DNA of 64,000 bases. Source: Antedon mediterranea (Eukaryota; Animalia; Echinodermata). Both the position numbers and the translations under genes were made by a program. The stretch is taken from assembly GCF_964355755.1 (NCBI RefSeq), contig NC_092671.1:22518070-22582069 (forward strand), read 5' to 3'. Below the pieces are notes generated by a model. That model did not search any database and had not been told where the DNA came from. It was given only the letters and a program-made list of their open reading frames with translations. How positions within the stretch are numbered: the stretch's first letter is position 1; every line of letters starts with the position of its first letter. Below, in pieces: positions 38,401 through 53,000 of this stretch.

Positions 38401-40244
38401 TAAGGCATGCCTGCAAATAATCTACAAATTTAAATTTGTCTTAAGAATTAAGATAAATATGCAAAATCTAAAGAATATCTCAATTTTAGTTACCATAGTA
38501 ACTGTTGCTATGCATAACTAAGGGAAATTAAATAATTATCAGGTAATTATTAATTAATAATTAATACTGAATCCAACCATCACAGTAAAAAAAATATAGA
38601 ATTTAAAACCAATATTTAATAAAAAAGTGTGATACATGTATTTTACATGCTGACCTTAAATGAAATGAAATTTCACATCAGGGCTTCAATATTTGTTATG
38701 TAGCATTAACATACCTGAGTAGGCCTATATCATTGACTTTTGATTGGTTCTATTTTGGGGAGGGGAAAGTGGTGGATCCAGGACTTTGAAATAGTTAGGG
38801 GGTTGAAGGCGAGGGTCTAAAAACTTAACTTTATGTCCTATCTTTTGCATTGCAATTTTTAACTTTGGGTGGGTGGGGGCTTGGAGAAAGGGGAGGGGGT
38901 GGGATGGAGGAGTTTGAATCCGTCTATTCATTGGGGCGATGGTAGCGGCAGTGTGGGTGGTGCTTGAATGCATGCATTTGACACTCTATAGTGGATGATC
39001 GACCAAAGTGTTGCAGTTTATCTTTTTGTGGTTATAGTCGGGGTGGGGGGGGGGGTGTGGTAGTCGAAAGTGGTGGTGGATGGGCATGTGGGATCTGCTA
39101 ATAAAAGAAGTAAACAAATGAAAGAGGAGTTTCAAAATAAGAGAGGAGTAATCTGTTGCAAAGATTAAAATTCACAACGATCTGATAATTTATTCAAATT
39201 TCTAGAGGATATAACCTATAAAATGACTGGGAACTGGGAATTACAGAATTATATAATTAAAAATATTTTTTTTTTCTCACAACACAACTAGAACTATATA
39301 AAACATTAAGAATTTTTCTGACCAATGAGTTTCAAATCAAATAATCAAAGAAAATAAAATGTTTTTACTAATATACCATGTTTTTTTTTATAAAAATGCC
39401 TATGTTTCTCGCAACACTGCTTGTAGATTTAAAAATTACCCCAGTATTTTATTTTAGAAATCAATTATTAAACATTAGTACTACCTATTTGTAATAAATC
39501 AGCTAAAAAAATACACCACTTTGGGCGTTATGGTGAAGTAAAGTTTAGTTGCATTGAACAATTTAAAAAAAGTGAAAAACACCCCTTTTTAAATAAATGG
39601 TATCTCCCAAAGTATGAAATAAAAAATAAATTAAAAAATATGAAACAGGTACACAATGCATTGTTATTATGCATAAACTAATTATTTTTTATAATTAAAT
39701 GAACAAAACAAAAATATCGTTCATCAAAATAGTACCAATATCCATTTTAAAGAACAAATTTGGCCGTTGCCATGGAAATATACGTGTGAAATAAAAAATA
39801 CTTCATATTTGATTTCTCTCAACACATATATAGCCATGTGCAAAATTTGAAAGAAATCCATTTTTTTGAGTCTGCCACTCTTTTTGATATTTCTTTGATT
39901 CTTACAGACAATGGCTCTTAATGTTCCACTCAAGTCAGTGATTGGATATTTACCAATTATAGATGTGGACACTGTGCTCACAATTCTCAGAGGATTGTTC
40001 AAATTGCGGAAAATTAAATTCGAAATCAATATATTAATGCTGTGAAAATGTATGTATGCATATATCACAATGGGCAGTTATGAGGAACAGTTTTTATATT
40101 CTTGCTTACATAATAAGAAACCAGTCTGAACTTGTTTGTAACTTACATATAAGTATAGAAATATCAAGAAGTTATAAAATAATAAATCAATAAATGAAAT
40201 GGGAGTAGACCTCCTAATATAAAATTAACAATATAAATAACAAT

Positions 40245-40455
40245 AGTTCATTCTTATATAGCGCATAATTATAAGCAAGCTCTCAATGCGCTGAACAATA
40301 TTACCCCAGTTGTGTCTCTTTAACTGGGTACTCATTTATACACCTGGGTGGAGAGAGGCAAACGTAAGTAAAGTATCTTGCCTACGAATACAAGCAATGC
40401 GGCGAGAATTTGATTCGAACCTCGGTCTCACGATCAGTAGTCCAACATTCAACAC
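40245..40455 (-). mobile_element. tRNA-SINE with CORE-like body and L2-type tail
   Basis: Minus strand: GGTTCGAATC, GGCAAGATACTTTAC...CTCTCCACCCAGGTGTATAAATGAGTAC, AGCGC...GCGCTATATAAG. Confidence 0.7.
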
Positions 40456-41237
40456 ACCCTCACATAATATTAAAATAATTAAAAGCATAATTGCCTTTAA
40501 AGTTAATCTAAAAAGTGTCACTTTTTATAATCCTCTGAATTATAGCCTTTAGACTTCTATTAGGAGTTAGTTGACAGTTTATCAGTTGTGTGTTAGTCAT
40601 TGGACTGGTATTGTTCCTCTGTAACCATGTTTCTATTGAGTTGCGTTCATAAGTATATCCATCTAATAAAGTAACGGTAATAAACATAATATATATATAT
40701 TTAAGTGTAGATAGAAAACAAAATTAAAATCAAATATTTTGAAACTGCCTCAATATAAATTGAACATACACACGATACATACATACACAGACACATAATT
40801 GTAAATGTTAATTGTTAGGTATAGTGCTTTGTATCAGTACTCTCAGCAAAGTATGGCGGAACAGAGCAATAGTCATCAATTGTATGCACGCACACCATGA
40901 GATCAAATTGATACGCCCTCATCTTTTAGTATGTGCATTTCATATATATACCTGTATTGAGATTGTCAATTGTCAAAAACAAACATTTATGATGAAGCTC
41001 CAAAGCACCCGTAAATTGTTTATTTCGATCAAACACGAATACTATATTCGCTCAGAAAAAAATAAATTATTTCCAAGTAAAAGATGTTTCTCAAATGGGT
41101 GTCTTGAAAACTAAATTTTTTTTTGTATATTAACGGGCGGCATCCTCTCTGTATATATATATATATATATATATTCCTGTCCACCCAGGCAGCACTTGCC
41201 AGCTTTATATTATGACGTTATCCAAATTCCTTCACTT

Positions 41238-41271
41238 GCACTGATGGAGGGCTAGTGCCCGAAAGCTCTGC
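41238..41271 (+). ncRNA. Minimal type I hammerhead-ribozyme-like motif (core variant) in a solo Penelope pLTR-like insert between (TA)n tracts
   Basis: GCA-CTGATGG-A-GGGC-TAGT-GCCC-GAAA-GC-TC-TGC: stems I and II are intact, stem III is the palindromic AGCT, and the CUGANGA core has a final A>G. Confidence 0.65.
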
Positions 41272-41985
41272 TAACTTTTCTGGCTGTTTACTTTATCGTT
41301 TTGATTTAGCTTTTCGCTTTTTTGTTTGTATCTCCATTGAGATCCAGCCACTGATACCCACAGCATTGTCATTTTTTTCAGTAATTTGCCTTTGGATTTA
41401 TATATGTATCTACCGTATATATATATATTTTAAAATGTATAACATTCAAAAAGCTTTAACTTTCAAATTTAATATCACAGGTAGATAGCAATTTTGGAAG
41501 GAAATTATCTGAGTAAAAACATATCAACGTGAACTGGCCATATGTTATTTTGCAGCACAACCTTTTAATATAGATTACAAAAATTACCTGCACATATGAC
41601 TGGATCTTTCATTATCTCTCTCGTGATTGGGCAGTGGTATTCATCAGGAATGTCCCCATCTTATAAAATTAAATACATAATGACATTTCATAAAAAAGTT
41701 GAAAGAATTGAATTTGTGAATTTCTTTTTATTCATTCATTGATTCATTAATTAAAAAGTACAAAGCAAATACAAAAAGAGTTAAAAAGGAAAACAAATTT
41801 TTATAAAACTAAACATTTAAAAACAGAAAAACGTGAGTTAAAATGTTTAAAAAAAGTTTTGAAAGGTATAACAAATATTATATACTCTAAACTATTCAAA
41901 TAATTTCATTTGGACTCGTATCACTATTTTTTGAAATAAAAAAAAGTATTGTTACATACATTTTTGGCTTAGAAAAAAAAGAAAC

Positions 41986-44510
41986 TTCATCAAAAATTAA
42001 TCATACGAAGGTAATTGTTCAAATAATTTCAATTACCTTCGTATGATTAATTTTTGATGAACAATTACGATTGAAAACGAATGTGTCAAAACCGTGCGGC
42101 AAGAAGAAAAGTTGGTGAGGAAGGTTTCGCCCGAAAAGAATCATCTCGTTTTCGCAAACAAGAAGGAATTATACCACCAAGTCTTCGCATAGAATGCCCT
42201 ATAAAATCAAATCGAGCCAGAGAAATAGTTAGCAAAGCTCAAAAACAGCTTCTGAATGAGAGAATCAACATCACCTCAAATAATATTGCTAGGCTGAAGG
42301 GGGAAACTACACGTAAGAGAAAACGCTAGAGTAGAGGATGAGTATAGGAAAATTATACACGATCATTTACTACAATCACAGGAAGGAGAATACATACGAA
42401 CATGTACACGCCATCAACAAAAACTGAAGGTATGGCTAGATAAGTCAAAAAGAACAGATAGTGAGAAGAGTGCTGATTTAAGTGGACAGCAACTAAAAAA
42501 GTGGGTCGTAAACTTATCTAAGAAATCGCTAAGTCAGGATGAAACCACTGTGGGCCTCAATTTCGCAGTAGCCGACAATAAAAACAAGCCCATTAAAGAC
42601 ATCGTAGTCGCTACAGAAATGGCTTGTAAATTAGTCCCTAAAGCAGAAGGTGATTTGTTAATAGCGAAAATCACTAACATTGCAAGGTCCACAAAACTCC
42701 ATCCAACATACCCGCTAAGGAAAGAAGGGCATTAGACAACCAAAAAAAGGACAAAACCATCATGATCCTGTCGGCCGACAAAGGTCAAGCGACGGTTGTA
42801 ATCAACACCACAGAATACCTAAAAAGGTCAACACCATGCTTTCAGACATACGAAAAACTCAAGAACTCATTAACGCATTAAAGAAGGAGGATAAGATCAC
42901 ACCTACCCAGAAAAATATATTATTCCCCACAGCGGAGGTTACCCCAGACTGTACTGTACTCCCAAGATACATAAGCCTAATTGGCCCCTGCGTCCGATCA
43001 TAGACTACACGGGGTCTATTTGCTATAACCTGTCCCGTGGCTTGGCAGAACTACTAGTACCCATGGTAGGAAATACAGAACACCATGTAGAAAACTCCAA
43101 GAAATTGGTCAATAACATCAAAGATATTCAGCTGAACCCAAACGAAACATTTGTTTCTTTTGATGTTACATCATTATTCACGAAAACACCTGTGAAGACC
43201 ATTATAAAAAAAAGATTGTCTGTGGATGGAGGTCTAAAAGAAGGAACAAACTTGAGCGTTGAAAACATCATAGAGTTATTAGAATTTGTCCTAACCACCA
43301 CATACTTTTCTTTTAACAATATCATCTTCAGACATCATCCTGTGTCATCCTCTGGTCGCTAATATGTACATGGAATGGCTGGAGGATAAAGCTATCTCGA
43401 GTGCCACACCTGACAACAAGCCTCGCTTCTGGAGAAGATATGTCGACGACATCCTGGCAATCATCCCCAAAAGGCACCGTCAATGCTATGAACCATCACA
43501 TCAACAACATAGACCCCTCAGGTAACATTAAATTCACTCACGAACTCATGACAGACAACACTATACCATTTCTAGACACACTCATCACAGTACATGAACA
43601 AGGCAACATCACCACATCTGTCTATAGAAAAGCCACTCACACAAATCAATACCTTAATTTCAACTCACATCACCCATTACAACATAAATTAAGTGTGGTT
43701 CGTACATTGATAGAGAGATGTGAAAACATTGTTACCACTGAAAATGAGAACAGAAATGAACACCATACAAAAAGCCCTAAAAGCATGCAACTACCCGGAT
43801 TGGTCCATCAAAAGAGTAAAAGAACAAAGGAAAACGAAACAACAGGAGAATAAAGGGAATGAAAAGAGAGATGACCAATCTAAAGCAAGAGTTAAGGTCT
43901 ATCTGAAAGGATAAAAATAACTATGCTAAAACATCGCATTAATGCCTACTACAAGCCTTTCAACAAAATTTGGGATCTCGAAATGCTGGTCCATCTGAAG
44001 AATAAAATCAGGAAAGAGGATACAAGCGGAGTAGTGTACAAGGTCGGATGCAGTAATTGCAGTGCTATATGTATGAGAAACAGACAGGCCATTTCAAACA
44101 AGACTATCAGAACACAAACAGACATCATCACAAACACAGCAAGAGGTGTCCGTACCAGAGCAGCCCGTGCTTCATTATCTGCAACGAACCATAAGTGTGC
44201 TATTACGGATCACATGGTAATCAACAACCATATACCAGATTGGGACAATACAAAGATCTTGGACAAGGAGTCAGCCAGAGTACAACGCACTATTAAAGAG
44301 GCCATTTGGATCAGAAGAAAGAAACACACCACATATCTATGAATATGATGACCTTCTACACCAACAGAGAGAACCCGGGGCCCCTTGAGAAGACCTCTTA
44401 ACACCACAGAGGGCGCACATCATCGGAGAATACCAACCGATGATACGAACTAGTTTCGGCTAGCTCATTCACCTGACGATGACCGACGATGAAAGGGTAA
44501 AACTGTAGTG
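41986..44510 (+). mobile_element. Penelope-like element (RT + GIY-YIG), 5'-truncated and decayed
   Basis: WVVNLS, ADKG, PKIHK, LRPI, SFDVTSLFT, RYVDD, PFLD, VYRKATHTNQYL, GVVYKVGCSNC, KEAIWIR. The flanks repeat TTTTTGGCTTAG(A)nGAAA (41961-41984 / 44527-44552). Confidence 0.93.
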
Positions 44511-44664
44511 GTATGTAACAATACTTTTTTTGGCTTAGAAAAAAAAAAGAAAGTACTGTATAAAGTTTAAGTTTAGTAACACTATCGATATTTTTACAGT
44601 GACGCCAAAGCATGAAGAAATGAAAATAGTAATTTTTCACCAATAAAACAAAATCCATATAGAG

Positions 44665-46240
44665 CAAATCTGTTCAAGATGAAGATATTACAAAATGAGA
44701 TTGATTACATGATTAAGAATGATATAATCGAGCCTAGTTGCAGTTCTTTGAGTTCTCCATGTATATTAGTTCCGAAGCCAGATAAATCGTATCGTTTTTG
44801 TACTGATTATCGGAAGGTTGAGGATAGACGACTGTATTGATCGTGTGGGTAGTGCTAAGTTTGTCAGTAAATTTGATCTTCTAAAGGGTTACTGGCAAAT
44901 TCCTTTAACAGAGTGAGCGAAAGAAGTGTCAGCTTTCCTAACTCCCATGGGTCTTTATCAGTATAAGGTCATGCCTTTCGGTTTTAAAATTGCGCCAGCC
45001 ACGTTCCAGAGATTGGTTAATGGTATATATAATTTCAGGTTTGGAGGGCTGTGAAGCTTATATAGATGATTTGGTTGTTTATAATCGATACATGGGATGT
45101 TCATGTGCAGAGAATTAAGGCATTGTTTGACAGGTTGTCAGCTGCAAAGTTGACAGTAAATTTGGTGAAAAGTGAGTTTTCCTGTGCAGAAATTGTGTTC
45201 TTAGGGCATAAAGTTGGTTGCGGAAAAGTGAAGATTAAGGCAGTCTGTGATTTCCCAGTTCCAAAGAGTAAGCAGGAGTTAATGCGTTTCCTGGGAATGG
45301 CTGGGTTTTATCGACGTTTTTGCAGAAGTTTCTCAACGCTTGTAGCTCCATTAACGAATCTGTTGAAAAAGAATGCGAGCTTTGTGTGGTTGGAGGAATG
45401 CAGTAATGCGTTCATTAAAGTTAAAGCGATGTTATCAAACAAACCGGTGTTGATGACTCCACAATTTGATAAACAGTTCTCGTTAATGATTGATGCCAGT
45501 GAATGTTGGTTCTGGTGCTGTGTTGACGCAAAGAGACAAGAATGGTGTTGACAAGCCTGTGTGTTTCTTCTGGAGAAAATTCAACCAGCATGAGAAGCGT
45601 TATTCTACTGTTGAGAAAGAGACATTAGCTTTGATGTCAGTGTTAAAGCACTTTGAGGTGTATCTTGGATCTTCTCCGTTTCCAATTGAAGTTTGGACTG
45701 ACCACAACCCATTAACGTTCTTGGCAAGAATGAAGGACAAGAATCAATGCTTGTTGAGATGCTGGGAATTTAGCAGTTCAAGAAATGAATCTTAAAATTC
45801 ATCATATCAGAGGAAAAGACAATGTTGTAGCTGACGCGTTGTCAAGAGTTTAGATAAAATATAAAATGATTTTAAAAGTTTTGTTAATTTTAAAAGTGTT
45901 TATTTAATTATAATATGTTAGTTGTGATAGAGTGATGCATTAATGGCATACATGGATTTAAAGTCATTAGAACTTGTGAAATTTTAAAGAAGCAGTTGAA
46001 GAAAAATCATATCAACGACCTGTTAAAATAACTACTGTATAAGAAAAGATTTTAGATGTTATAGTAAACCGTTATGATTTTAATCATATCAAACTTTCTT
46101 TAAGTGGGGGTGTGTGATGGGTTTGTCACACGGAAGTGAGTCCTCTAGAGAGGAAGAAGAAGATGAATAAAGATGGATAACAACTACAACGTGTATTATT
46201 ATTGTTGGTCGTTATCAGCCTAACGAGCGAGCCCGTAACA
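44665..46240 (+). mobile_element. Gypsy remnant (RT-RNase H, then stop, PPT, short LTR), Gmr1-like domain order
   Basis: SSPCILVPKPDKSYRFCTDYRKV, DLLKGYWQ, YIDD, DAS, TDHNPL, GKDNVVADALSRV* with no integrase downstream; PPT AAGTGGGGG. Confidence 0.85.
46113..46240 (+). repeat. Very short (128 bp) putative 3' LTR
   Basis: TGTGATGGG...CCCGTAACA imperfect terminal IR directly after the PPT, internal AATAAA. Confidence 0.65.
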
Positions 46241-47020
46241 AGACCAAATATGTAGTTTATATTGGTTCAGTATAAAGAAATACAGAAAGTGGTCAAATCA
46301 TATTTTCGCGGTATTGATTAATAATATTGATGGGCCATCGTATCTAAACAAACTGCAATTTAAGCTCGACATTATAATGGGAAAAAGAATGAGCTAACTG
46401 TTACCCAAAAATTATTTTACTGTTGGAAAAAAATACAGCAGAGAGGGGAGAGAGAGAGGCTAGCTTCTAGAAAAATGTTATTTGATCACCACGGCAGCAG
46501 AGAGCGCTGGATGCATGTGCATGATCGGGGCTTGCAGTCTAGGTGTGGTAGCGAGAAACAATCATACCCATCATCTTTTTTATCACGATAATTTATTGAT
46601 GACCAATACATAGACACACAACCAGTAGGTATAGGCTAGCTATATAGTTTAAATAAGGATAAAATGATCGGGCGAGGCTAGCCCACACACACAGTCATGC
46701 ACTCGATGTTGCGGGTGTGAAACTCATGAATAACAAGTTAGAAAGAACTGACGGAATGGGGGACTTCCCTTCTTGTTGAGGCTGGGCGTGGCCGAGCCTA
46801 GGTAAGAAAAAACCTAAATAAAGGACGCCGTTGTAGATGTATGAACAAAATATATTGTTATGTTACAATAACTTTGATCACATATTAAAAAATTTACACC
46901 TTCACGAAAATGCCCATATGTTGTCAAAGTTATGAAATGTTATGTTTACACATTTTAGAGAAACGAAACGAAGTTGCTGATAACCTCTTGTGATTGTACG
47001 AAATCATCAACATCAACTTT

Positions 47021-50000
47021 TTATTAGTTATCCGCATTCAGCGGATAACTCCTTGTAACTGTCCTGTTTCATCATCTTTTTTTTTTTTTTTCTGTATTCT
47101 TCTTTCTTTCTGTCATTTTTGTGCAGAGCATATCTCAAAACCGTGTAAAGTTAACATATCATAACTTTGTCAACATATGGGCATTCACGTGAAGTTGTGC
47201 TTTTTTATTTTTGAATGACGTCAGAATTGCGCAACATGACTTACGCGCGTTTTAACGAATTTCGCGTATTTAACATAAATCAAAAACCATATAACAATTT
47301 AAATTGAAACTTAGCAAAAATTTAATTTATATTCTGCGCTAACTGACTGTGGAAAAAAAATGGCATGTTTCACACGAAGTTACGCGCGCACGCGCATTTA
47401 AAATTTAAAAATGCGAAAAATCAATTTCTAATCAACTTTCTACGCGTTTCATGTCATTTTGAGCATGTAAAAAATTCCCACGCGCGTGCGTATTTTTACG
47501 CTCGTGGTGCGCACGTAGCGTTGAAAACAATTTTTTTCTCGTAATTTTACCAAGTTTTAAACGATTTCGACTTAAAATCAGGTCATACGAGCCCGTAGAA
47601 TTGGATAATTTATGTGTGTTTTTTATGAAAAAGTTCAAAAATTCATCAAAATTTGTCAAAATTATACCTTTTTTTAAACAGTTGTAGTTTCTAAACTAAA
47701 CGGTAAAAGTTGTTTTTATTACGTATTCTGGAAGATGATGAGTTGTAGATATCGTATCATGCATCAATATGGCTAACCGGACATTATGACGTCATCGTAT
47801 GGCCACTCGAATATAAAATATAGGGATTTTTTCTCTTTTGTCATAGCGCATCACATTTAATAGAGCGCATCTCCACTTATCCGTTTTCCATTTTCACCCC
47901 GATTTTGATATTGTCTAGGTCAATCAACTATCCTTTGCATGAGTTAAAAATATTTTAATTGTTATGACGTCATCATGCCTACAAATTTAAATTACTTGTG
48001 CCTTAAATTTCATCTTTACAGTAAATTTTAATCTGTTATAGCTCGTCAGAATAAAACGTGATAATCATGATTAAAACATTTTCTGGAAGCTATTGGATTG
48101 TAGATACGAAATCATGTAAACATTTTGCCAATCGGATGTTGTGACGTCATCATATGGCCAGTTAAATAAAAGAAGTCGTATTTCATCTTTTGCGTCATAA
48201 TTCATTACATTTAAAAGAGCGCGCATTAATATTTCACGTATTTAAATTTCTTCTACACGTTAATATGTTGTTGCTGAGATAATTTCCTTTCCGAAATTGC
48301 TACATTTGCGTTTCATTTTAAAACCGTCAACATGTTAAAAATTGCAATAAATAGCGGGTCCCGTAATTTCACCTATTCTACACTGTATGTGATATGGATA
48401 CAGATTATACTGTGTATACTAGGTATATATGAATTTAAATAATAAAATTCAGCAATAACAACATATCATATTCTTCAGTTCAGGTCATAATGCCATAATC
48501 TTTTTCTGTGCGCCATATACCAACGTATGACGTGCACGTGGCGTTTGTCGTGCGGATAACTAACTCGTCAAAGTGACGAGTTACATGTCTAGTTTTTCTT
48601 CTTTCTTTCTGTATGATTTTTGTGTAACGCTTTTCTCTAAAACTTGCAAACATAACATTTTGTTAACTATGTTAACATTTTGACATTTATGTAACGTTGT
48701 CAAGCGAAGCTTTTCATGATGTTTACAATTGCGCAACGTGACGTACGCGCGATTTAACGATTTTCTCGTATTTAACATATGTTGAAAACCAAATAACATT
48801 TCAACTTGAAACTTCGCAAAAGTTTAATTTATATCATGCGCTAACTTTATGTTGAAAAAAAATTGCGTGTTTTACACAAAGTTACGCGCGCACGCGCATT
48901 TAAAATTTCAAAATGCGCAAAATTAATTTATAATCAACTTTCTACGCGTTTCTGGTCGTTTTAAGCATGTCAAAAATTCCCACGCGTGCGCACATTTTTA
49001 CGTGTGCGGTACGCACGTAGCATTGAAAACGTATTTTTTTCGCGTGATTTATGTTTTTCCAGCCTTTTCTAGTAATTTTACCAAATTTTAAACAATTTCG
49101 ACTTAAAGATACGTCATACGAGCACGTCAAATTGGACAATTTGCGCGCGTTTTTTATGAAAAGGTTAAAAAATTCGTTTAAAATATGCCTTTTTTTAAAC
49201 AGTTGTAATTTCTAAACTAGACGGTCAACTTTTTGTGGATGACATATTCTTGAAGTAGATGAGTTGTAGATGTCGGATCAGGTATTAATATGGCTAACCG
49301 GACATTGTGACGTCATTGTATGGCCACGCGAATATAAAATTTAGGATTTTTGTATCTTTCGTCATTGCTCATCACATTGAATAGAGCGCATCTCCACTTA
49401 TCCGTTTTCCATTTTCACCCCGATTTTGATATTGTCTAGGTCAATCAACTATCTTTCGCATGAGTTAAAAATATTTTAATTTTTATGACGTCATCATGCC
49501 TAAAAATTGAAATCACGTGTAGCATTAATTTCATCTTTACAGTAAATTTTAATCTGTTATAGCTCGTAAGAATAAAATGTGATAATCACGATTAAAACTT
49601 TTTCTGGAAGCTATTGGATTGTAGATACGAAATTATGTAAAAATGTTGCCAATCGGATGTTGTGACGTCATCATATGGCCAGTTAAATAAAAAAGGTTGT
49701 ATTTTCATCTTTTGCGTCATAATTCATTACATTTAAAAGAGCGCGCATCAATATTTCACGTATTCAAATTTCTTCTACACGCTAATACGTTGTTGCTGAG
49801 ATAATTTCCTTTCGTAATTGCTACCTTCGCGTTTCATTTTAAAACCGTCAACATGTTAAAAATTGCAATAAATAGCGGGTCTCGTAATTTCACCTATTCT
49901 ACACTGTATGTGATATGGATACTATATATGAATTTAAATAATAAAATTCAGCAATAACAACATATCATATTCTTCAGTTCAGGTCATAATGCCAACGTGA

Positions 50001-53000
50001 ACACTTCCTTTTGTCCTCAACCTATCCCCTTAATGTTAATGTTGCACCACTTGCGCGGCGGATAACCAAACTCGTCAAAGTGACGAGTTACATGTCTAGT
50101 TCTTCTTCTTCTTTCTGTACACTATTTTGTGTAACAAATATCTCAAAAAGTTAAATGTCAATGACTACCAAAATTTCACAATGTCTTTCAAGTACTGTAA
50201 CTTAGTCCTAATAAGCTTTTCAGCGTGATCACTCTTCCGTGACGTCATTTATACGCCATTTTGTGAAATCACATTATCAATCATATCTCCATAATTCATT
50301 ATCACATATTAATAAAATTCACTACACGTAAACTTCAGGTCAAGGGTAAAAATATTAGCAAATAAATACGCACGCGCATGTAGGGTCATGCGTGTGAAAC
50401 CGCGCGTTAAAAATTTAAAAAGCTTACTGGGCAAAAAAAATTTTTCCGCGCGCGATACTTAAAAAGCGTAAAAAATACGAATTTTTTTTACAAATCGCAT
50501 TCTACTCACCATCTTTAGTACATTCACCAAATTTGAATCAGTTCCGATATAAAATAACGCTATACGAGCAGGTTCAAAATGACAAAATGCGCAAATTAAT
50601 TGCATCAAAGTGTTGAAAATGGTGAAAAATAAGGCATTTTTAAAATGAAAATAATTCTTCAGAATGCACGATGACCCCCAATTTTTTTAACTTTTTCTGG
50701 AAGCCGTTGAGTTGTAGATATGAATTCATGTACACATTTTACGTACAAAATGTTTTTACGTCATCAAATGGCCACTTGAATTTAAAATTAAGTTATTTTT
50801 CTCTTTTGTCATTCTTTTTCACATTCAATAGAACGCATCTCTGTTATTTTGTGCCCGATTTTCGCTCAATTTTCAGTATGTGATTGCTCAATTAATTGAC
50901 TTTCTTATGACTTGCCACTACTTTTATTTTGATGACGTCATCACGCGTAACAACTTGATTAACATAGGTCGTGTAATTTCACCTTCACCGTAAATTTGAA
51001 TATCTTACAGCTCTTCAGAATTAAAGGTTACCTTGATGATTATAATTTATTATGAAAGCTGATGAAATGTAGATATGAATTCATATAAAAATCAAGCCTA
51101 TTGGATGTTGTGTCGTTAACATATGGCCAGTTGAAGTTAAAAAGTAGTATTTTCATCTTTTTCGTAAAAGTTATACAAATTTCAAAGAGCGCGTACAGCG
51201 CTTCTACGTGCCAAATTTTCTTCCAATTCTTATATTTATTTGCTCAATTCATTATCTTTCGAAATTGTCATCATTGAGTTTATTTTGATAATTCCATCAT
51301 ACAAAAAAATTTGAACATGATGTGTGTCCCGTAATTTCACCTATGCTACACTGTATATAGATATACAGTATATTTCTTCTTCTTTCTGTACACTATTTTG
51401 TGTAACAAATATCTCAAAAAGTTAAATGTCAATGATTACCAAAATTTCACAATGTCTTTCAAATACTGTAACTTATAACTTCAGGTCAAGGTAAAAAATA
51501 TTAGCAAATAAAAACCTGCGAGTTTCAAGGTCATGCGCGTGAAATCGCGCGTAAAAATTTTAAAAAGCTCAAATTAAGTTTTGATCAATTTAGAGCATGA
51601 ATTAGGCCATTTGCGTGTTTCAAAAAATTACTGCGCAAAAACACGTTTTTGCGTACGCGATTCTTAGAAAGCGTAAAAAATGAAATTTGATGTATAAATC
51701 ACATTCTATTCACAATTTTTAGTACATTCACCGATCTTGAGTCCATTCCAACTTAAAATAACGGTATACGAGCACGTTAAAAATGACAAAATGCGCACAT
51801 TAATTTCACAAAAGTTCTGAAAATGGTGAAAAATATGTCTTTTTTAAAATGAAAATAACTCTTCAGAATGCACGATGACCCCTAAGTTTTTTAACTTATT
51901 CGGGAAGCCATTGAGTTGTAGATATAAATGTATATACACAAAATGGTATTACGTCATCAAATGGCCACTTGAATTTAAAAATTAGGATTTTTTTCCGTTT
52001 TGTGTAGGTTATCACATTCAATAGAGCGCATCTCCGCTATTTGAGCTCGATTTTCGCACAAATTTCAGTGTGTGCTTGCTTAATTATTTATCTTTCTCAT
52101 AAGTTGTCAGTGTTTTCATTTTGATAACGTCATCACGCGTAAAAACTTGAATAACGTAGGTCGTGTAATTTCACCTTCGCCGTAAATTTGAATATCTTAC
52201 AGCTCTTCAGAATTGAAGGTTACCTTGATGATTATAATTTATTATGAAAGCTGATGAAATGTAGATATGAATTCATATAAAAACCAAGCCTATCGGATGT
52301 TGTGACGTTAACATATGGCCAGATGAAGTTAAAAAGTAGTTTTTTCATCTTTTTCCTCAAAGTTATACAAATTTCAAAGAGCGCGCACAGCGCTTCTACG
52401 TGCCAGATTCTCTTCCTATTCTTATATTTATTTGCTCAATTCATTATCTTTCGAAATTGTCATCTTTGAGTTTATTTTGATAATTCCATCATACCAAAAA
52501 ATTAGAACATGATGTGTGTCCCGTAATTTCACCTATGCTACACTGTATATAGATATACAGTATATACTGTACATATTGTATATGGCATGTAATAGGCACA
52601 ACTCAGCACTATAAGCGTATGCATCATGTTATAGGATGGCGTACATAAACTTTTTACGATCGTATGTTAACGTACATGCATGTTTAAAAACTGTTAATTT
52701 CATTAAAATGATAAAAATGATCACCTACAATTCGTCAAAGTGACGAATTAAATTCTAGTTTATTATTTAACATGACGACGGTATCAAAATCAAAAACTAA
52801 GATAGCAATTTCGGAAGCAAATTATCTCAGCAACAACGTATTAATGTGTAGAAGAAATTTAAATACGTAAAATATAGATGCGCGCTCTTTTAAATGTAAT
52901 GAACTATTACGCAAAATATGAAAATATGACTTTTTTTATTCAGCTGGCCATATGATGACGTCACAACATCCGATTGGCAAAATGTTTACATGAATTCGTA

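Noticed and set aside
39250-39921. Possible TTAA-flanked MITE
   Set aside because: Only one plausible terminus is visible; no matching TIR was found.
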